DNA of 64,000 bases from Clostridia bacterium (GCA_017938985.1 JAGBAK010000130.1:9263-73262); one strand, 5' to 3'; shown: positions 18,037-27,695, counted from the stretch's first letter. A program made the numbers and translations. The notes: generated from the letters alone by a model not told the origin.

Positions 18037-18795
18037 TTATGCAAGATACAGAGCAACTCTGTCAAGAATTCTGTTGAGGTTATCGAGCATTGAAATCATG
18101 CCCTTCATAACGATGTCGCCCGAACCTACGCAGGCAATGGCGTTAACGTTGCCGTCAAAGAGGTCTCTTGCAAGTTCAATGGAACTGAATTCCATAATGG
18201 CTCTGGGATTATCGCTTGCCTTTTTGATGCCGAGAAGGCGGTGGTCTTTAACTCTGATTGTTGTTGAAGCGGCGCCCTTGATGCTGAATGAGATTTCGCC
18301 GTCAACCATGTTGCTTGCGGAGAACTTGCCGATTTCGTCGTTATTGCCTATCTGAGCGATGGCAACCGTGATTGTGTTAAGCAGCAGAAGAGTGCTGATT
18401 CTGAAGAAATCGGGGTCCTTGAGGTCTTCGGGGTCGGGTCTCATATATTTTGAGAGCAGGTCGGTCAGCTTTGTGAAGCTGTTAAGAAGAAAACCGATAT
18501 GGTGGAAGCCCTTTGAGGGGATGGGCGTAACGGTTCCGTCAATAAGACCGTTGAATTTTTCGCAGGAGCTGAAGGGGAGCTTAACGTCGCACTTTGTGCA
18601 GCCCTGCTCCATTCTGCATCTGCCGTTTTTGAAAGTGATGGTGGCGCTGGGGCCGCCCTTAACTTCAAAGCCGATGGAGATAGGCTTTTTGTTTGTCAGC
18701 AGACTGCTTGCCTCGGGAGCAAGCTCGCAGAGGTTTTCGAGGGAACCGAGCACTGCGTAAAGGTTGATATACGCAAGGGTTCTTGAATCAGTCAT
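18037..18795 (-). CDS. Hypothetical protein with two predicted SCP2-like domains
   Basis: Internal duplication (IGFEVKGGPSATITFKNG...LPFSS and ISFSIKGAASTTIRVKDH...MEFSS...GDIVMKG). RBS AAGGAGG. The fold call is by eye. Confidence 0.55.
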   Translation of the reverse strand: MTDSRTLAYINLYAVLGSLENLCELAPEASSLLTNKKPISIGFEVKGGPSATITFKNGRCRMEQGCTKCDVKLPFSSCEKFNGLIDGTVTPIPSKGFHHIGFLLNSFTKLTDLLSKYMRPDPEDLKDPDFFRISTLLLLNTITVAIAQIGNNDEIGKFSASNMVDGEISFSIKGAASTTIRVKDHRLLGIKKASDNPRAIMEFSSIELARDLFDGNVNAIACVGSGDIVMKGMISMLDNLNRILDRVALYLA

Positions 18796-18859
18796 TATAT
18801 TTTCCTCCTTTTATTCTCAGAGCAGGGACAAAACACCTGCTTATAAATATAATCAATTT

Positions 18860-18888
18860 ATTTTAACAGATATATTGTTCATTGTCAA
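18860..18888 (-). promoter_or_regulatory. Sigma-A promoter of the SCP2-aminotransferase-transketolase operon
   Basis: TTGACA, 17 bp, TAAAAT with an extended TGn -10 on the minus strand. Confidence 0.75.
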
Positions 18889-19086
18889 CAAATCAGAGGG
18901 TGAAAAATGTGATTTTATGGTGAAAATTTAAATTCTTAAACCCCAAAGTGTGCCTGAACACGGTTTTTTTGTTTCACACAGGTTGCAACTCTTTTAATAA
19001 ATTGAAAATTTGAAGCAAAAGGATTGACTTTTGTTTAAAAATGTGTCCTAATATTATATAGATATTTGAATATTGGAGGTATATAT

Positions 19087-19623
19087 ATGAAAAAAGTTTT
19101 AGCCGTTCTTTGCGTTTTTGCAACACTTTTTGCTCTTGCAGCCTGCAAAAACAAAGAAAAAGAGCTTACAGAAGAAGAAAGACTTGCGAGCTTACATGCT
19201 TCGCAGGAGCAGAACAGAATTGAAATGTCACAGCAGGTTGAGAATTCGATAAAGCAGGAAATTGAAATTCAGTCGGATAAGAAAAATACTCTTGAAAATC
19301 TGGGTAAAACAGAAAAAGATAAGCGGATTGTCTTTTTGAGCGACGGTGAGTATCCCGGAATGAAAGAGGGATATCAGATTATCAAGTTTGACGGTTCCGG
19401 CAAGTTTGAAAGCTGGCTTCAGTATATTTACTATCCCACAACAGAAGCTTTTGACAGGGCGCTTGCATACATCAATGACGAGGGCAATTTTGCTTACGAA
19501 ACCTCTGATGCGTCAATGAGAGTTATTGTTTACAGATACACAAACGAAAAGTATCTTGCAAACGAGAAATATGACGATATGCTCCAGAGAGTAAGAGATT
19601 TCGGCTACACCGTTGTAGAATAA
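19087..19623 (+). CDS. Uncharacterised lipoprotein
   Basis: MKKVLAV signal with lipobox LAAC. RBS GGAGG. Confidence 0.75.
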   Translation: MKKVLAVLCVFATLFALAACKNKEKELTEEERLASLHASQEQNRIEMSQQVENSIKQEIEIQSDKKNTLENLGKTEKDKRIVFLSDGEYPGMKEGYQIIKFDGSGKFESWLQYIYYPTTEAFDRALAYINDEGNFAYETSDASMRVIVYRYTNEKYLANEKYDDMLQRVRDFGYTVVE

Positions 19624-19638
19624 TCGGGAGATTGAAAA

Positions 19639-20106
19639 ATGAAAAAAGTTTTAGCGATAATGCTTGTTTTTGCGTCGCTCTTTGCGTTTGCGGCGTGCAC
19701 AGGCAAAGAAAACACTGCAGAAACAACCGCATCAACCGTTGCACTCACAATACAAACAACAGCCGGAACGGATGAAACAACAAAAATCAGTGCGGTAGCA
19801 GGTAAAACAATTCTGCTCAAAAGCCTTGCAAGTGAAGATTACGTTGAGATTCATACAAACGTCGACGGTATAGCAACCGTTATGCTTGTGCATAAATTCT
19901 ACGCAGACGAAGCATCATATCAGGCAGCACTTGATAAGGGCGACTACGGTACTTATAAGCTTGAAAAAGCGATTGAACCCGAAAATGAAAACGAAAAACA
20001 TCAGATCGTTTTCAGGGATACGGAAACAATCAGCGGTATGACCTATGACGAGATTATGTCAGAAGCAAACGGCAATAAGGATTATGTGGTTGTTGGAAAA
20101 CAATAA
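19639..20106 (+). CDS. Uncharacterised lipoprotein, paralogue of the upstream gene
   Basis: MKKVLAI signal with lipobox FAAC, Thr-rich linker, and a shared C-terminal pattern. Confidence 0.75.
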   Translation: MKKVLAIMLVFASLFAFAACTGKENTAETTASTVALTIQTTAGTDETTKISAVAGKTILLKSLASEDYVEIHTNVDGIATVMLVHKFYADEASYQAALDKGDYGTYKLEKAIEPENENEKHQIVFRDTETISGMTYDEIMSEANGNKDYVVVGKQ

Positions 20107-20116
20107 AACGTAAAGC

Positions 20117-20152
20117 AAAACCCCACGCTCCAAAACGGGCGTGGGGTTAATT
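20117..20152. terminator. Bidirectional terminator
   Basis: AACCCCACGC/GCGTGGGGTT stem between convergent genes. Confidence 0.7.
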
Positions 20153-21103
20153 TTATTCCGTCACCTTTTTATATATTTTGTCAATTACTTTTTCATCTTC
20201 TTCAACCTTGAGGTCGGCGGCGATGAGGCTGATTCTTTTTTCGTTTTCTTCGGCATAAATATCATTGATACATACAGTGCGGTATGCCGCATAAACGCTT
20301 TCACCTTTATCCTTGAGGTTCTCTTTGTAAACGGCAAAAACGCAGTCGTCATAAATGATTATCTGCACGGTTGCATCGGTTTGAGCATAGACCTTATCAA
20401 AGAATCCTTCGGGATATCCGTCTGAGCTTTTTTTGAGAATTACCGTGTCCGATGCGGAATAGCCGGCTTCAAGAAATCCCTGCGTGAATGCTTCGGGCGT
20501 GCTTGCTTTTGACGTTGCAAAGCCTTCAAATACCGTCAGCATTTCATTCTTTTCAAGTTGGGTCATCGGCTCGCCGCTTGCAGACGTAAAATACACGCAA
20601 ACCGTGCGGAAGCTGACGTAGTTTTCATAAAAATAATTCTGAATTTTTTGCTCGGCAGCAGTGTTCTGCGTACCTTTATCATAAAGCGAAGCGAAAACGG
20701 CTTCTTCATATTTTTCGCTTGTAATAATTTTATTGAGCGTCTGCTTTGAAACGCCGATTTTGCTGTAATGATTTTCTGAGCGGAGCCAGACGTTGTTGAC
20801 TTTTTCGGATATTTCAACCTTTTGTGCCGAGGTCAGGGCAATTTCGCTGTTACTGAATTCGGTGTTGATTGCAACGTAGCGTTTGCATTCGTCAACAGCC
20901 GCTTTTTTCAGTTTACTTTCAGACGCATCGTCGTCCAGACCGTAGCTTTCGGGAGCAGCAATAACACGGTCAAGAAAATATGCAAAAATCTCGTCGCTGA
21001 TCACCGTTCCCTCAATTCTGAGCGCACAATCGTTCTTATCTGAGCAAGCACCAAGCAGCAGAAGCATTGCCGCCGCGAGGAGCGATGCAAGCAATTTTTT
21101 CAT
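20153..21103 (-). CDS. Lipoprotein, possibly a degenerate PrsA/SurA-like foldase
   Basis: Lipobox LGAC; helical N-domain (IFAYFLD...YSKIGVSKQTL) resembles the SurA N-terminal domain. RBS AAAGGA before the ATG at 21103. Confidence 0.5.
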   Translation of the reverse strand: MKKLLASLLAAAMLLLLGACSDKNDCALRIEGTVISDEIFAYFLDRVIAAPESYGLDDDASESKLKKAAVDECKRYVAINTEFSNSEIALTSAQKVEISEKVNNVWLRSENHYSKIGVSKQTLNKIITSEKYEEAVFASLYDKGTQNTAAEQKIQNYFYENYVSFRTVCVYFTSASGEPMTQLEKNEMLTVFEGFATSKASTPEAFTQGFLEAGYSASDTVILKKSSDGYPEGFFDKVYAQTDATVQIIIYDDCVFAVYKENLKDKGESVYAAYRTVCINDIYAEENEKRISLIAADLKVEEDEKVIDKIYKKVTE

Positions 21104-21276
21104 AAAAAGAAGTCCTTTCTTTGCGAAAAAAGTTTTCTTCAAACAAGACTATACCATATTTTTTATGTTTCCGCAACAAAAGATAAAAACTCTTGAAAAA
21201 AATTTAAAAAATCTCTTTATTCTTTTAAATTTATGCTGTATAATTAAGCTGTATAAAAATATTTGGAGTGAATACT

Positions 21277-21612
21277 ATGGAAAAAATCAGACTTTTAATT
21301 GCAGGCGAAGAATACAACCTTTCAACAGATGACGATCTTGATTACGTTGCCGCTCTCGGTGAAGAGCTTGACAAAAGAATCAGCGCCCTTATGAGCAGCA
21401 ACACAAGAATTTCCGTTACTCAGGCAGCTATCGTAACAGCTCTTGAATATGCTGACGAAGCAAAGAAATGCGAAATCACAGCAGAAAACCTTCGCACACA
21501 GATTCAGGAATACCTTGAGGATGCCGCAAGAGCAAGAACAGATGCAGAAATCTCAAAGCGCGAAGCTGAAAGACTTGCAAAAGAACTTGCATCTCTTCGT
21601 GCAGGCAAATAA
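21277..21612 (+). CDS. zapA: Cell division protein ZapA
   Basis: IAGEEYNL...YVAALGEELDKRI...AAIVTALEYADE followed by a coiled coil. Confidence 0.85.
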   Translation: MEKIRLLIAGEEYNLSTDDDLDYVAALGEELDKRISALMSSNTRISVTQAAIVTALEYADEAKKCEITAENLRTQIQEYLEDAARARTDAEISKREAERLAKELASLRAGK

Positions 21613-23657
21613 TGGCAGCCGAAATTCTTGCACCCGCAGGCAGCTTTGAGGCTCTTCAAGCGGCTGTCAGATGCGGTGCAAACGCAGTTTATCTTGGCGG
21701 AAAAGCGTTCAACGCAAGGCGCAACGCCTCAAACTTTTCCGACGAGGGGCTGAAAGAAGCCGTTGACTATTGCCACAAGAGAAACGTTAAGGTGTATCTG
21801 ACCCTCAACACCCTTGTGAGCGACAGTGAAATCAAAACTGCATATGACGCAATAAAAACTGCTTGCGATGCAGGCATAGATGCTTTTATTATTCAGGATA
21901 TCGGACTCGCCGCCATTGTGCGTCGGGTCTGTTCGTCTGTTGCGCTGCACGCATCGACCCAGATGTCGGTGCAGAGCATTGAGGGAATTCGTGTTCTTGA
22001 AAAGCTCGGTTTTTCAAGAGCCGTTATTCCGCGCGAGCTTTCCGAAAAAGAAATATCTGCCATTTCGGCACAAACCGATATGGAGCTTGAATATTTTGTT
22101 CACGGCGCACTGTGTATGTGTGTTTCGGGACAGTGCCTTATGAGTTCCGTTCTCGGCGGCAGAAGCGGAAACAGAGGTCTTTGTGCCCAGCCTTGCCGAC
22201 TCCCGTTCGGCGTTAACGGCAAAGGAGGCAATAATCTGAGTCTTAAGGATTTGTCGCTTGTTGATGAGCTTCACCGTCTTGAAAAAGCAGGTGTCTGCTC
22301 GTTCAAAATTGAGGGAAGAATGAAGCGACCCGAATACGTTGCGGCAGCGGTGACAGCCTGCAAAAACAGTCTTGAAAACGCTCCCGATGAGCAGCTTAAC
22401 CGTTCGCTTCAGGCTGTTTTTTCGCGCTCGGGTTTTACAAAAGGATATTTTGAAAACAAGCTTGGCAAAGAGATGTTCGGTATACGCCGTAAAGAGGACG
22501 TTGAAGAAGCCTCGGGCGTGCTTGACGGTTTGCAGAAGCTGTATGATAAGGAAAATCCGCTTATACCCGTTGATTTTTCTTTGACTTTTGCACCTGAAAC
22601 GCCCCTTTTGCTGACGGCGGAGGCTCTCGGCAAAACCGTTTGCGTTGAGGGTAACGCTCCTCAGAAAGCGCTTAACCGTGCCGTTACAAGCGAAGAAATC
22701 AGCGAACGTCTTTCAAAATGCGGCGGTACACAGTTCTATGCAAACAAAGTTGAAATCGATTTTTCGCACGGGCTTTTTGTTCCGGCAGGGGAGTTGAATG
22801 CTTTAAGACGCAATGCTCTTTCTGCACTTGAAAATGCCGTTGCGGAGAATGAAAAAATCAACGTCTCTCTATACAATTATAATATAGCACCTCATACGCC
22901 GTCAGAAAGAGAACTTCACGCAAGATTTTTTGATGCAAACGAAATACCCGAAAAACTTACGGGTATTTCTCGTGTGATTGTTCCTCTTGAAACCGACGGA
23001 GAAACGGTTGAGCGTCTTTGTAAAAACGGCATTGAAGTTGCCGCAGAGATTCCGTCGGCAGTTTTCTCAAATTACGAAAGATATCTTGAAAATCTGAACC
23101 GACTTAAATCCCACGGTGTTTCTATTGCGTGGGTCTGCACGCTTGACGGCGTTTCAATTGCTCAAAAAGCCGGTTTGCCGTTTGCCGGCGGTTTCGGTAT
23201 GAATATATTCAACAGTGTTTCGCTTGATGAAATGCAGACTCTCGGCGCAAAGGATTGTCTGCTCTCCTGCGAGGTCAGTCTTTCTCAGGCGGCGCATATG
23301 GGCGGCGAAATGCCGAGGGGTATTATGACATACGGCAGAATTCCGCTTATGCTCACAAGAAACTGTCCTGTCAGGAACAAGCTGACCTGCTCCGAATGCG
23401 GCAAAAACAGTGTGCTTGTTGACAGAATGGGCGTTGAGTTCCCCGTAAGATGCAAAAACGGTTGCAGTTATATTTTTAACTCACGTCCTCTCTGGCTTGC
23501 AGATAAACAGAGCGATATCAGAAACTGCGATTTTGCACTTCTTTATTTCACAACCGAGACCAAAACAGAAGCCGCAGAAATTATAGGTGATTATATTTGT
23601 GAAAAAAGCGCAAAAGGCGAGTTCACAAGAGGGTTATATTATAAAGGTGTAACATAA
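21612..23657 (+). CDS. Peptidase U32 family protein with DUF3656 (RlhA-like RNA hydroxylation protein)
   Basis: EILAPAG, HASTQ, EYFVHGALCMCVSGQC, SGNRGLCAQPCR and FKIEGRMK. Confidence 0.88.
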   Translation: MAAEILAPAGSFEALQAAVRCGANAVYLGGKAFNARRNASNFSDEGLKEAVDYCHKRNVKVYLTLNTLVSDSEIKTAYDAIKTACDAGIDAFIIQDIGLAAIVRRVCSSVALHASTQMSVQSIEGIRVLEKLGFSRAVIPRELSEKEISAISAQTDMELEYFVHGALCMCVSGQCLMSSVLGGRSGNRGLCAQPCRLPFGVNGKGGNNLSLKDLSLVDELHRLEKAGVCSFKIEGRMKRPEYVAAAVTACKNSLENAPDEQLNRSLQAVFSRSGFTKGYFENKLGKEMFGIRRKEDVEEASGVLDGLQKLYDKENPLIPVDFSLTFAPETPLLLTAEALGKTVCVEGNAPQKALNRAVTSEEISERLSKCGGTQFYANKVEIDFSHGLFVPAGELNALRRNALSALENAVAENEKINVSLYNYNIAPHTPSERELHARFFDANEIPEKLTGISRVIVPLETDGETVERLCKNGIEVAAEIPSAVFSNYERYLENLNRLKSHGVSIAWVCTLDGVSIAQKAGLPFAGGFGMNIFNSVSLDEMQTLGAKDCLLSCEVSLSQAAHMGGEMPRGIMTYGRIPLMLTRNCPVRNKLTCSECGKNSVLVDRMGVEFPVRCKNGCSYIFNSRPLWLADKQSDIRNCDFALLYFTTETKTEAAEIIGDYICEKSAKGEFTRGLYYKGVT

Positions 23658-23755
23658 TTGAAAAAATGAGTTAAAAACTCTTGTATGTTTGCTTTTGCAG
23701 GTGTATAATTCCACCATAAATTCAAACAAAAATCCAATATAAAGAAGGTATATAT

Positions 23756-24739
23756 ATGAGCATTAGAATCGGTATTTTCGGCTACGGTAACCTTGGCAGG
23801 GGTGTTGAATGCGCCGTTCATCAGAATCCCGATATGGAACTTGTTGCGGTTTTCACACGCAGAGATCCCTCTCTTGTTAAAACCGTTTTCGGCGAAACAC
23901 CCGTTTTCTCCGCCGACAAGGTTCTTGAATTCAAAAACAGCATTGACGTTATGATTCTTTGCGGCGGCAGCGCAACTGATCTGCCCGTTCAGACTCCGTC
24001 TCTGGCAGAAAACTTCAACGTTGTTGACAGCTTCGACACGCATGCACGTATTCCCGAGCATTTCGGCAACGTTGATAAGGCTGCAAAGGCATCGGGCAAA
24101 ACGGCAATTATTTCCGTCGGTTGGGATCCGGGTCTGTTCTCGCTTAACCATCTTTACGCCGCGTCAATTCTGCCCGAAGGCAAGAACTATACTTTCTGGG
24201 GCAAGGGCGTAAGTCAGGGCCATTCAGATGCAATCAGAAGAATCAGCGGAGTTGTCGATGCAAGACAGTATACTGTTCCTGTTCCCGCCGCACTTGAAGC
24301 GGTCAGAAGCGGTTCCGACCCCGAGCTCACAACCCGTATGAAGCACACAAGAGAGTGCTACGTTGTTGCCGAGGAAGGCGCAGACCTTGCAAGAATTGAA
24401 AACGAAATCAAAACAATGCCCAACTATTTTGCAGATTACGATACAACCGTAACCTTCATTTCACAGGAAGAGCTTAACGAAAAGCACAGCGGTCTGCCTC
24501 ATCAGGGCTTTGTTATCCGCTCCGCACGTACAGGCGCAGAGAATGAGCATAACCACATTATCGAATATTCACTCAAGCTTGACTCTAACCCTGAGTTTAC
24601 CGCAAGCGTGCTCGTTGCTTATGCAAGAGCTGCTTATAAGCTCAATTCACAGGGCAACACAGGCTGCAAGAGCGTGCTTGATATAGCTCCTGCAATGCTT
24701 TCCCCCTACAGCGGCGACGAGCTTTTCAGATACCTTTAA
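23756..24739 (+). CDS. ddh: meso-Diaminopimelate D-dehydrogenase
   Basis: GYGNLGRG, CGGSATDL, DSFDTHA, GWDPG, WGKGVSQGHSDA and NPEFT. Confidence 0.96.
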   Translation: MSIRIGIFGYGNLGRGVECAVHQNPDMELVAVFTRRDPSLVKTVFGETPVFSADKVLEFKNSIDVMILCGGSATDLPVQTPSLAENFNVVDSFDTHARIPEHFGNVDKAAKASGKTAIISVGWDPGLFSLNHLYAASILPEGKNYTFWGKGVSQGHSDAIRRISGVVDARQYTVPVPAALEAVRSGSDPELTTRMKHTRECYVVAEEGADLARIENEIKTMPNYFADYDTTVTFISQEELNEKHSGLPHQGFVIRSARTGAENEHNHIIEYSLKLDSNPEFTASVLVAYARAAYKLNSQGNTGCKSVLDIAPAMLSPYSGDELFRYL

Positions 24740-24844
24740 TCGTTGAATGCAGCGTTTTTTATGTTGATATTGACATATAATATAATGTAATTATTATTTA
24801 AAACGCAAATTATTTTACAAATTTCACAAAATCAAAAAAAGTTC

Positions 24845-24873
24845 TTGACTGCAGCGGTGGTATGTGATATCAT
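24845..24873 (+). promoter_or_regulatory. Sigma-A promoter for rpmG-secE-nusG
   Basis: TTGACT, 17 bp, TATCAT with TGn extension. Confidence 0.65.
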
Positions 24874-25010
24874 TATTCTACCTCTGCAGGAGGGTTCTTT
24901 TTTTGCGCCCGAAAACTAAATGTTACGCAGAGGGAGGCTTGAGCAGCAGCTTTTGTTGCCTGATAGACTTGAGCTGCGCTAAAAATTCCGATTAAATGGA
25001 GGTGCCGCAC

Positions 25011-25175
25011 ATGGCTGCTAACGGTAAAAGAGTAAAGATTACACTTTCTTGCACCGAATGCAAACAGCGTAATTACAACACAATGAAAAACAAGCAGAAC
25101 ACACCCGACAGGCTGGAGATGAACAAATACTGCCGTTTCTGCAAGAAACACACTCTCCACAAAGAATCCAAATAA
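25011..25175 (+). CDS. rpmG: 50S ribosomal protein L33, Zn-binding C+ form (not in the ORF track)
   Basis: [62 protein letters not shown]. Confidence 0.97.
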   Translation: MAANGKRVKITLSCTECKQRNYNTMKNKQNTPDRLEMNKYCRFCKKHTLHKESK

Positions 25176-25195
25176 TTAAGCGGGAGGATTAACCT

Positions 25196-25552
25196 ATGGC
25201 TAAAAAGGAAATTTCCCAGGCAGCAGAAAAGGTTGCCGCCGCTGAAAAGAAAAAGGACAAGAAACCTGCCAACCCTAACGGCAATTTCTTTGTCAGAGCC
25301 GGCAAGGCAATCAAGAAGTTCTGCAAGGATCTTAAGGGCGAAATCAAAAAGATTGTTTGGCCCGACGCTAAAACAGTTTTCAAATCAACTGCAGTTGTTC
25401 TCGCAGTAGTTATTGTTGTTGGTCTTATCATTTTTGGTATTGACACTCTTCTTGTTGAGGGCATTGACCTTCTTCAGGAGGCTGCCGAAAAGAAAGAAGT
25501 AACAACCCAGGCTGCAGCAGTTATTAACGCCGCTGACCTTTTCAACGGCTGA
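25196..25552 (+). CDS. secE: Preprotein translocase subunit SecE
   Basis: EIKKIVWP motif plus a TM helix; lies between rpmG and nusG. Confidence 0.95.
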   Translation: MAKKEISQAAEKVAAAEKKKDKKPANPNGNFFVRAGKAIKKFCKDLKGEIKKIVWPDAKTVFKSTAVVLAVVIVVGLIIFGIDTLLVEGIDLLQEAAEKKEVTTQAAAVINAADLFNG

Positions 25553-25569
25553 GACCGGGAGGTTAAATA

Positions 25570-26118
25570 ATGTCAGTTGACACAAGATGGTATGTTGTTC
25601 ATACCTACTCCGGTTATGAGAACAAGGTTGCAACCAATATCGAAAAGATGGTTGAAAACCGCAAAATGCAGGACCAGATTTTTGAAGTCAAAATCCCGAC
25701 CGAAATCGTTGTTGACGCAGAAAAGAAGAAAGAGGTTGAACGCAAGCTCTTTCCCGGCTACGTCCTGGTTAAGGTTGCAGTTATGCCCGACAAGGACAAT
25801 CGCCCCGCAATGAGCGATGAATCCTGGCTTCTTATCAGAAACATTCACGGCGTAACAGGCTTCGTTGGTCCCGAAAACAAAGCAATACCTCTTAGCGACG
25901 AAGAAGTTATCAGGCTCGGAGTTGAAAAGAGAAGCGTTGAGGTTTCCTATAATGTTGGCGACACAGTCAACATCATTGACGAAATCTTTGACGGCTTCAG
26001 CGGTGTTGTTGAAGAAATCGACCTTGAAAACAATATGGTCAAGGTTACGGTTTCAGCACTCTTTGGCAAAGAAACCACAGTTGAGCTTGAGCTTGACCAG
26101 GTTGAGCTTGCCGAATAA
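25570..26118 (+). CDS. nusG: Transcription termination/antitermination factor NusG
   Basis: WYVVHTYSGYE, FPGYVLV, GVTGFVG and a KOW domain. Confidence 0.97.
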   Translation: MSVDTRWYVVHTYSGYENKVATNIEKMVENRKMQDQIFEVKIPTEIVVDAEKKKEVERKLFPGYVLVKVAVMPDKDNRPAMSDESWLLIRNIHGVTGFVGPENKAIPLSDEEVIRLGVEKRSVEVSYNVGDTVNIIDEIFDGFSGVVEEIDLENNMVKVTVSALFGKETTVELELDQVELAE

Positions 26119-26193
26119 TCACGGTAATTTGAGGGTTAAACCCTTTCAAATTTAGTGCCTTAACGGCACAGTCAGAGCAAAAGCTCCGGCTTC

Positions 26194-26235
26194 GTGGGAG
26201 GAGCAAAAAATTAAGGTTGCTCCGCCATTTACCAC
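26194..26235 (+). promoter_or_regulatory. L1-binding autoregulatory RNA site upstream of rplK
   Basis: GTGGGAG-GAGCAA...TTGCTC-C...ACCAC mimics the 23S L1 site. Confidence 0.65.
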
Positions 26236-26256
26236 ATTATATTGGAGGTTTTAATT

Positions 26257-26682
26257 ATGGCACAGAAAGTTGTTGGCTTAATTAAGTTACAGATTCCCGC
26301 AGGTAAGGCCACTCCGGCTCCCCCTGTAGGTCCTGCCCTCGGTCAGCACGGCGTTAACATCATGTCCTTCACAAAGGAATTCAACGAACGCACAAAGAAC
26401 GACATGGGTCTTATCATCCCTGTTGTTATCACAGTTTATGCTGACCGCACATTCTCATTCATCACCAAGACTCCGCCCGCTGCAGTTCTTATCAAGAAGG
26501 CTTGCGGCATCGAAAGCGGTTCAGGCGTTCCCAACAAGACCAAGGTTGCATCAATCACAAGCGAACAGGTTCGCAAGATTGCTGAGCAGAAGATGCCCGA
26601 CCTCAACGCTGCTAACGTTGAAGCAGCTATGAGCATGATCGCCGGCACAGCTCGCTCCATGGGCGTTACCGTAACCGATTGA
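26257..26682 (+). CDS. rplK: 50S ribosomal protein L11
   Basis: [23 protein letters not shown] and GTARSMG. Confidence 0.99.
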   Translation: MAQKVVGLIKLQIPAGKATPAPPVGPALGQHGVNIMSFTKEFNERTKNDMGLIIPVVITVYADRTFSFITKTPPAAVLIKKACGIESGSGVPNKTKVASITSEQVRKIAEQKMPDLNAANVEAAMSMIAGTARSMGVTVTD

Positions 26683-26690
26683 TTGCATAC

Positions 26691-26719
26691 TGTGGGAGGA
26701 ACAAATCCGATTAACCACA
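26691..26719 (+). promoter_or_regulatory. L1-binding autoregulatory RNA site upstream of rplA
   Basis: TGTGGGAG-GA...TCC...ACCACA. Confidence 0.65.
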
Positions 26720-26741
26720 ATGATTGGGAGGAAAAATTAAC

Positions 26742-27449
26742 ATGAAACACGGAAAGAAATATATCGAAAGCGCAAAGCTCGTAGATAAGGCAACTCTCTA
26801 CGACGTAAACGAAGCGCTTGACCTTGCAGTTAAGACTGCAAGCGCAAAGTTTGACGAAACTGTTGAAGTTCACGTTCGTCTGGGTGTTGACTCACGTCAC
26901 GCTGACCAGCAGGTCAGAGGCGCTGTAGTTCTCCCCAACGGTACAGGCCGTACAGTAAGAGTTGCAGTTTTTGCTAAGGGCGCAGATGCTGACGCAGCAG
27001 CTGCAGCAGGCGCAGAAGTAGTTGGCGCTGAAGACCTTGTTGCAAGAATCCAGGGCGAAGGCTTCATGGATTTTGACGTATGCATCGCAGCACCCAACAT
27101 GATGGGTCTCGTTGGTCGTCTCGGTAAGGTTCTCGGTCCCCGCGGTCTTATGCCCAGCCCCAAGGCAGGTACAGTTACACCCGACGTTGCTAAGGCTGTT
27201 ACAGAAGCTAAGGCAGGTAAGATTGAGTACCGTCTTGACAAAACAAACATCATCCACTGCCCCATCGGCAAGGTTTCCTTCGGCGCTGAGAAGCTTGGCG
27301 AAAACTTCACCACTCTCCTCGATGCTATCATCAAGGCTAAGCCTGCTGCATCAAAGGGTCAGTACATCCGTTCCTGCGTTCTCGCAACCACAATGGGCCC
27401 CGGCGTAAAGGTTAACCCCAACAAGGTTGGTTCAGCTCAGGAAGCATAA
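26742..27449 (+). CDS. rplA: 50S ribosomal protein L1
   Basis: [29 protein letters not shown] and TTMGPG. Confidence 0.99.
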   Translation: MKHGKKYIESAKLVDKATLYDVNEALDLAVKTASAKFDETVEVHVRLGVDSRHADQQVRGAVVLPNGTGRTVRVAVFAKGADADAAAAAGAEVVGAEDLVARIQGEGFMDFDVCIAAPNMMGLVGRLGKVLGPRGLMPSPKAGTVTPDVAKAVTEAKAGKIEYRLDKTNIIHCPIGKVSFGAEKLGENFTTLLDAIIKAKPAASKGQYIRSCVLATTMGPGVKVNPNKVGSAQEA

Positions 27450-27472
27450 TTTGAATTAAATTCAAAAAAAGC

Positions 27473-27501
27473 TTGACAGGCACGCGAAAGTGTGCTATCA
27501 T
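27473..27501 (+). promoter_or_regulatory. Sigma-A promoter for rplJ-rplL
   Basis: TTGACA, 17 bp, TATCAT with TGn. Confidence 0.75.
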
Positions 27502-27518
27502 AGCTAAGCTGTTCTTTT

Positions 27519-27640
27519 TAAGACAGCAGGTGCTTTTCGCATAAAGGTTTTTAAACCGCCTGCCGAGAGAGGAAGCATACAGATATTTTTATAATATTAA
27601 GTATGTTATGCCCTTTCTGCGGTTTGCGGAAAGGGCTTTT
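27519..27640 (+). ncRNA. Ribosomal protein L10 leader with attenuator hairpin
   Basis: AAGACAGCAGGTG...CCTGCCGAG core followed by the terminator GCCCTTTCTGC-GGTTT-GCGGAAAGGGC-TTTT before rplJ. Confidence 0.85.
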
Positions 27641-27695
27641 AATTTTGCAGATTTTATCTGTATTCATTGCATTTAACCAACGGAGGTGAAAATAA

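Noticed and set aside
24874-25000. Possible structured leader before rpmG (also the melA leader at about 31005-31110)
   Set aside because: Only weak, ambiguous pairing by eye and no known motif; this needs covariance analysis.
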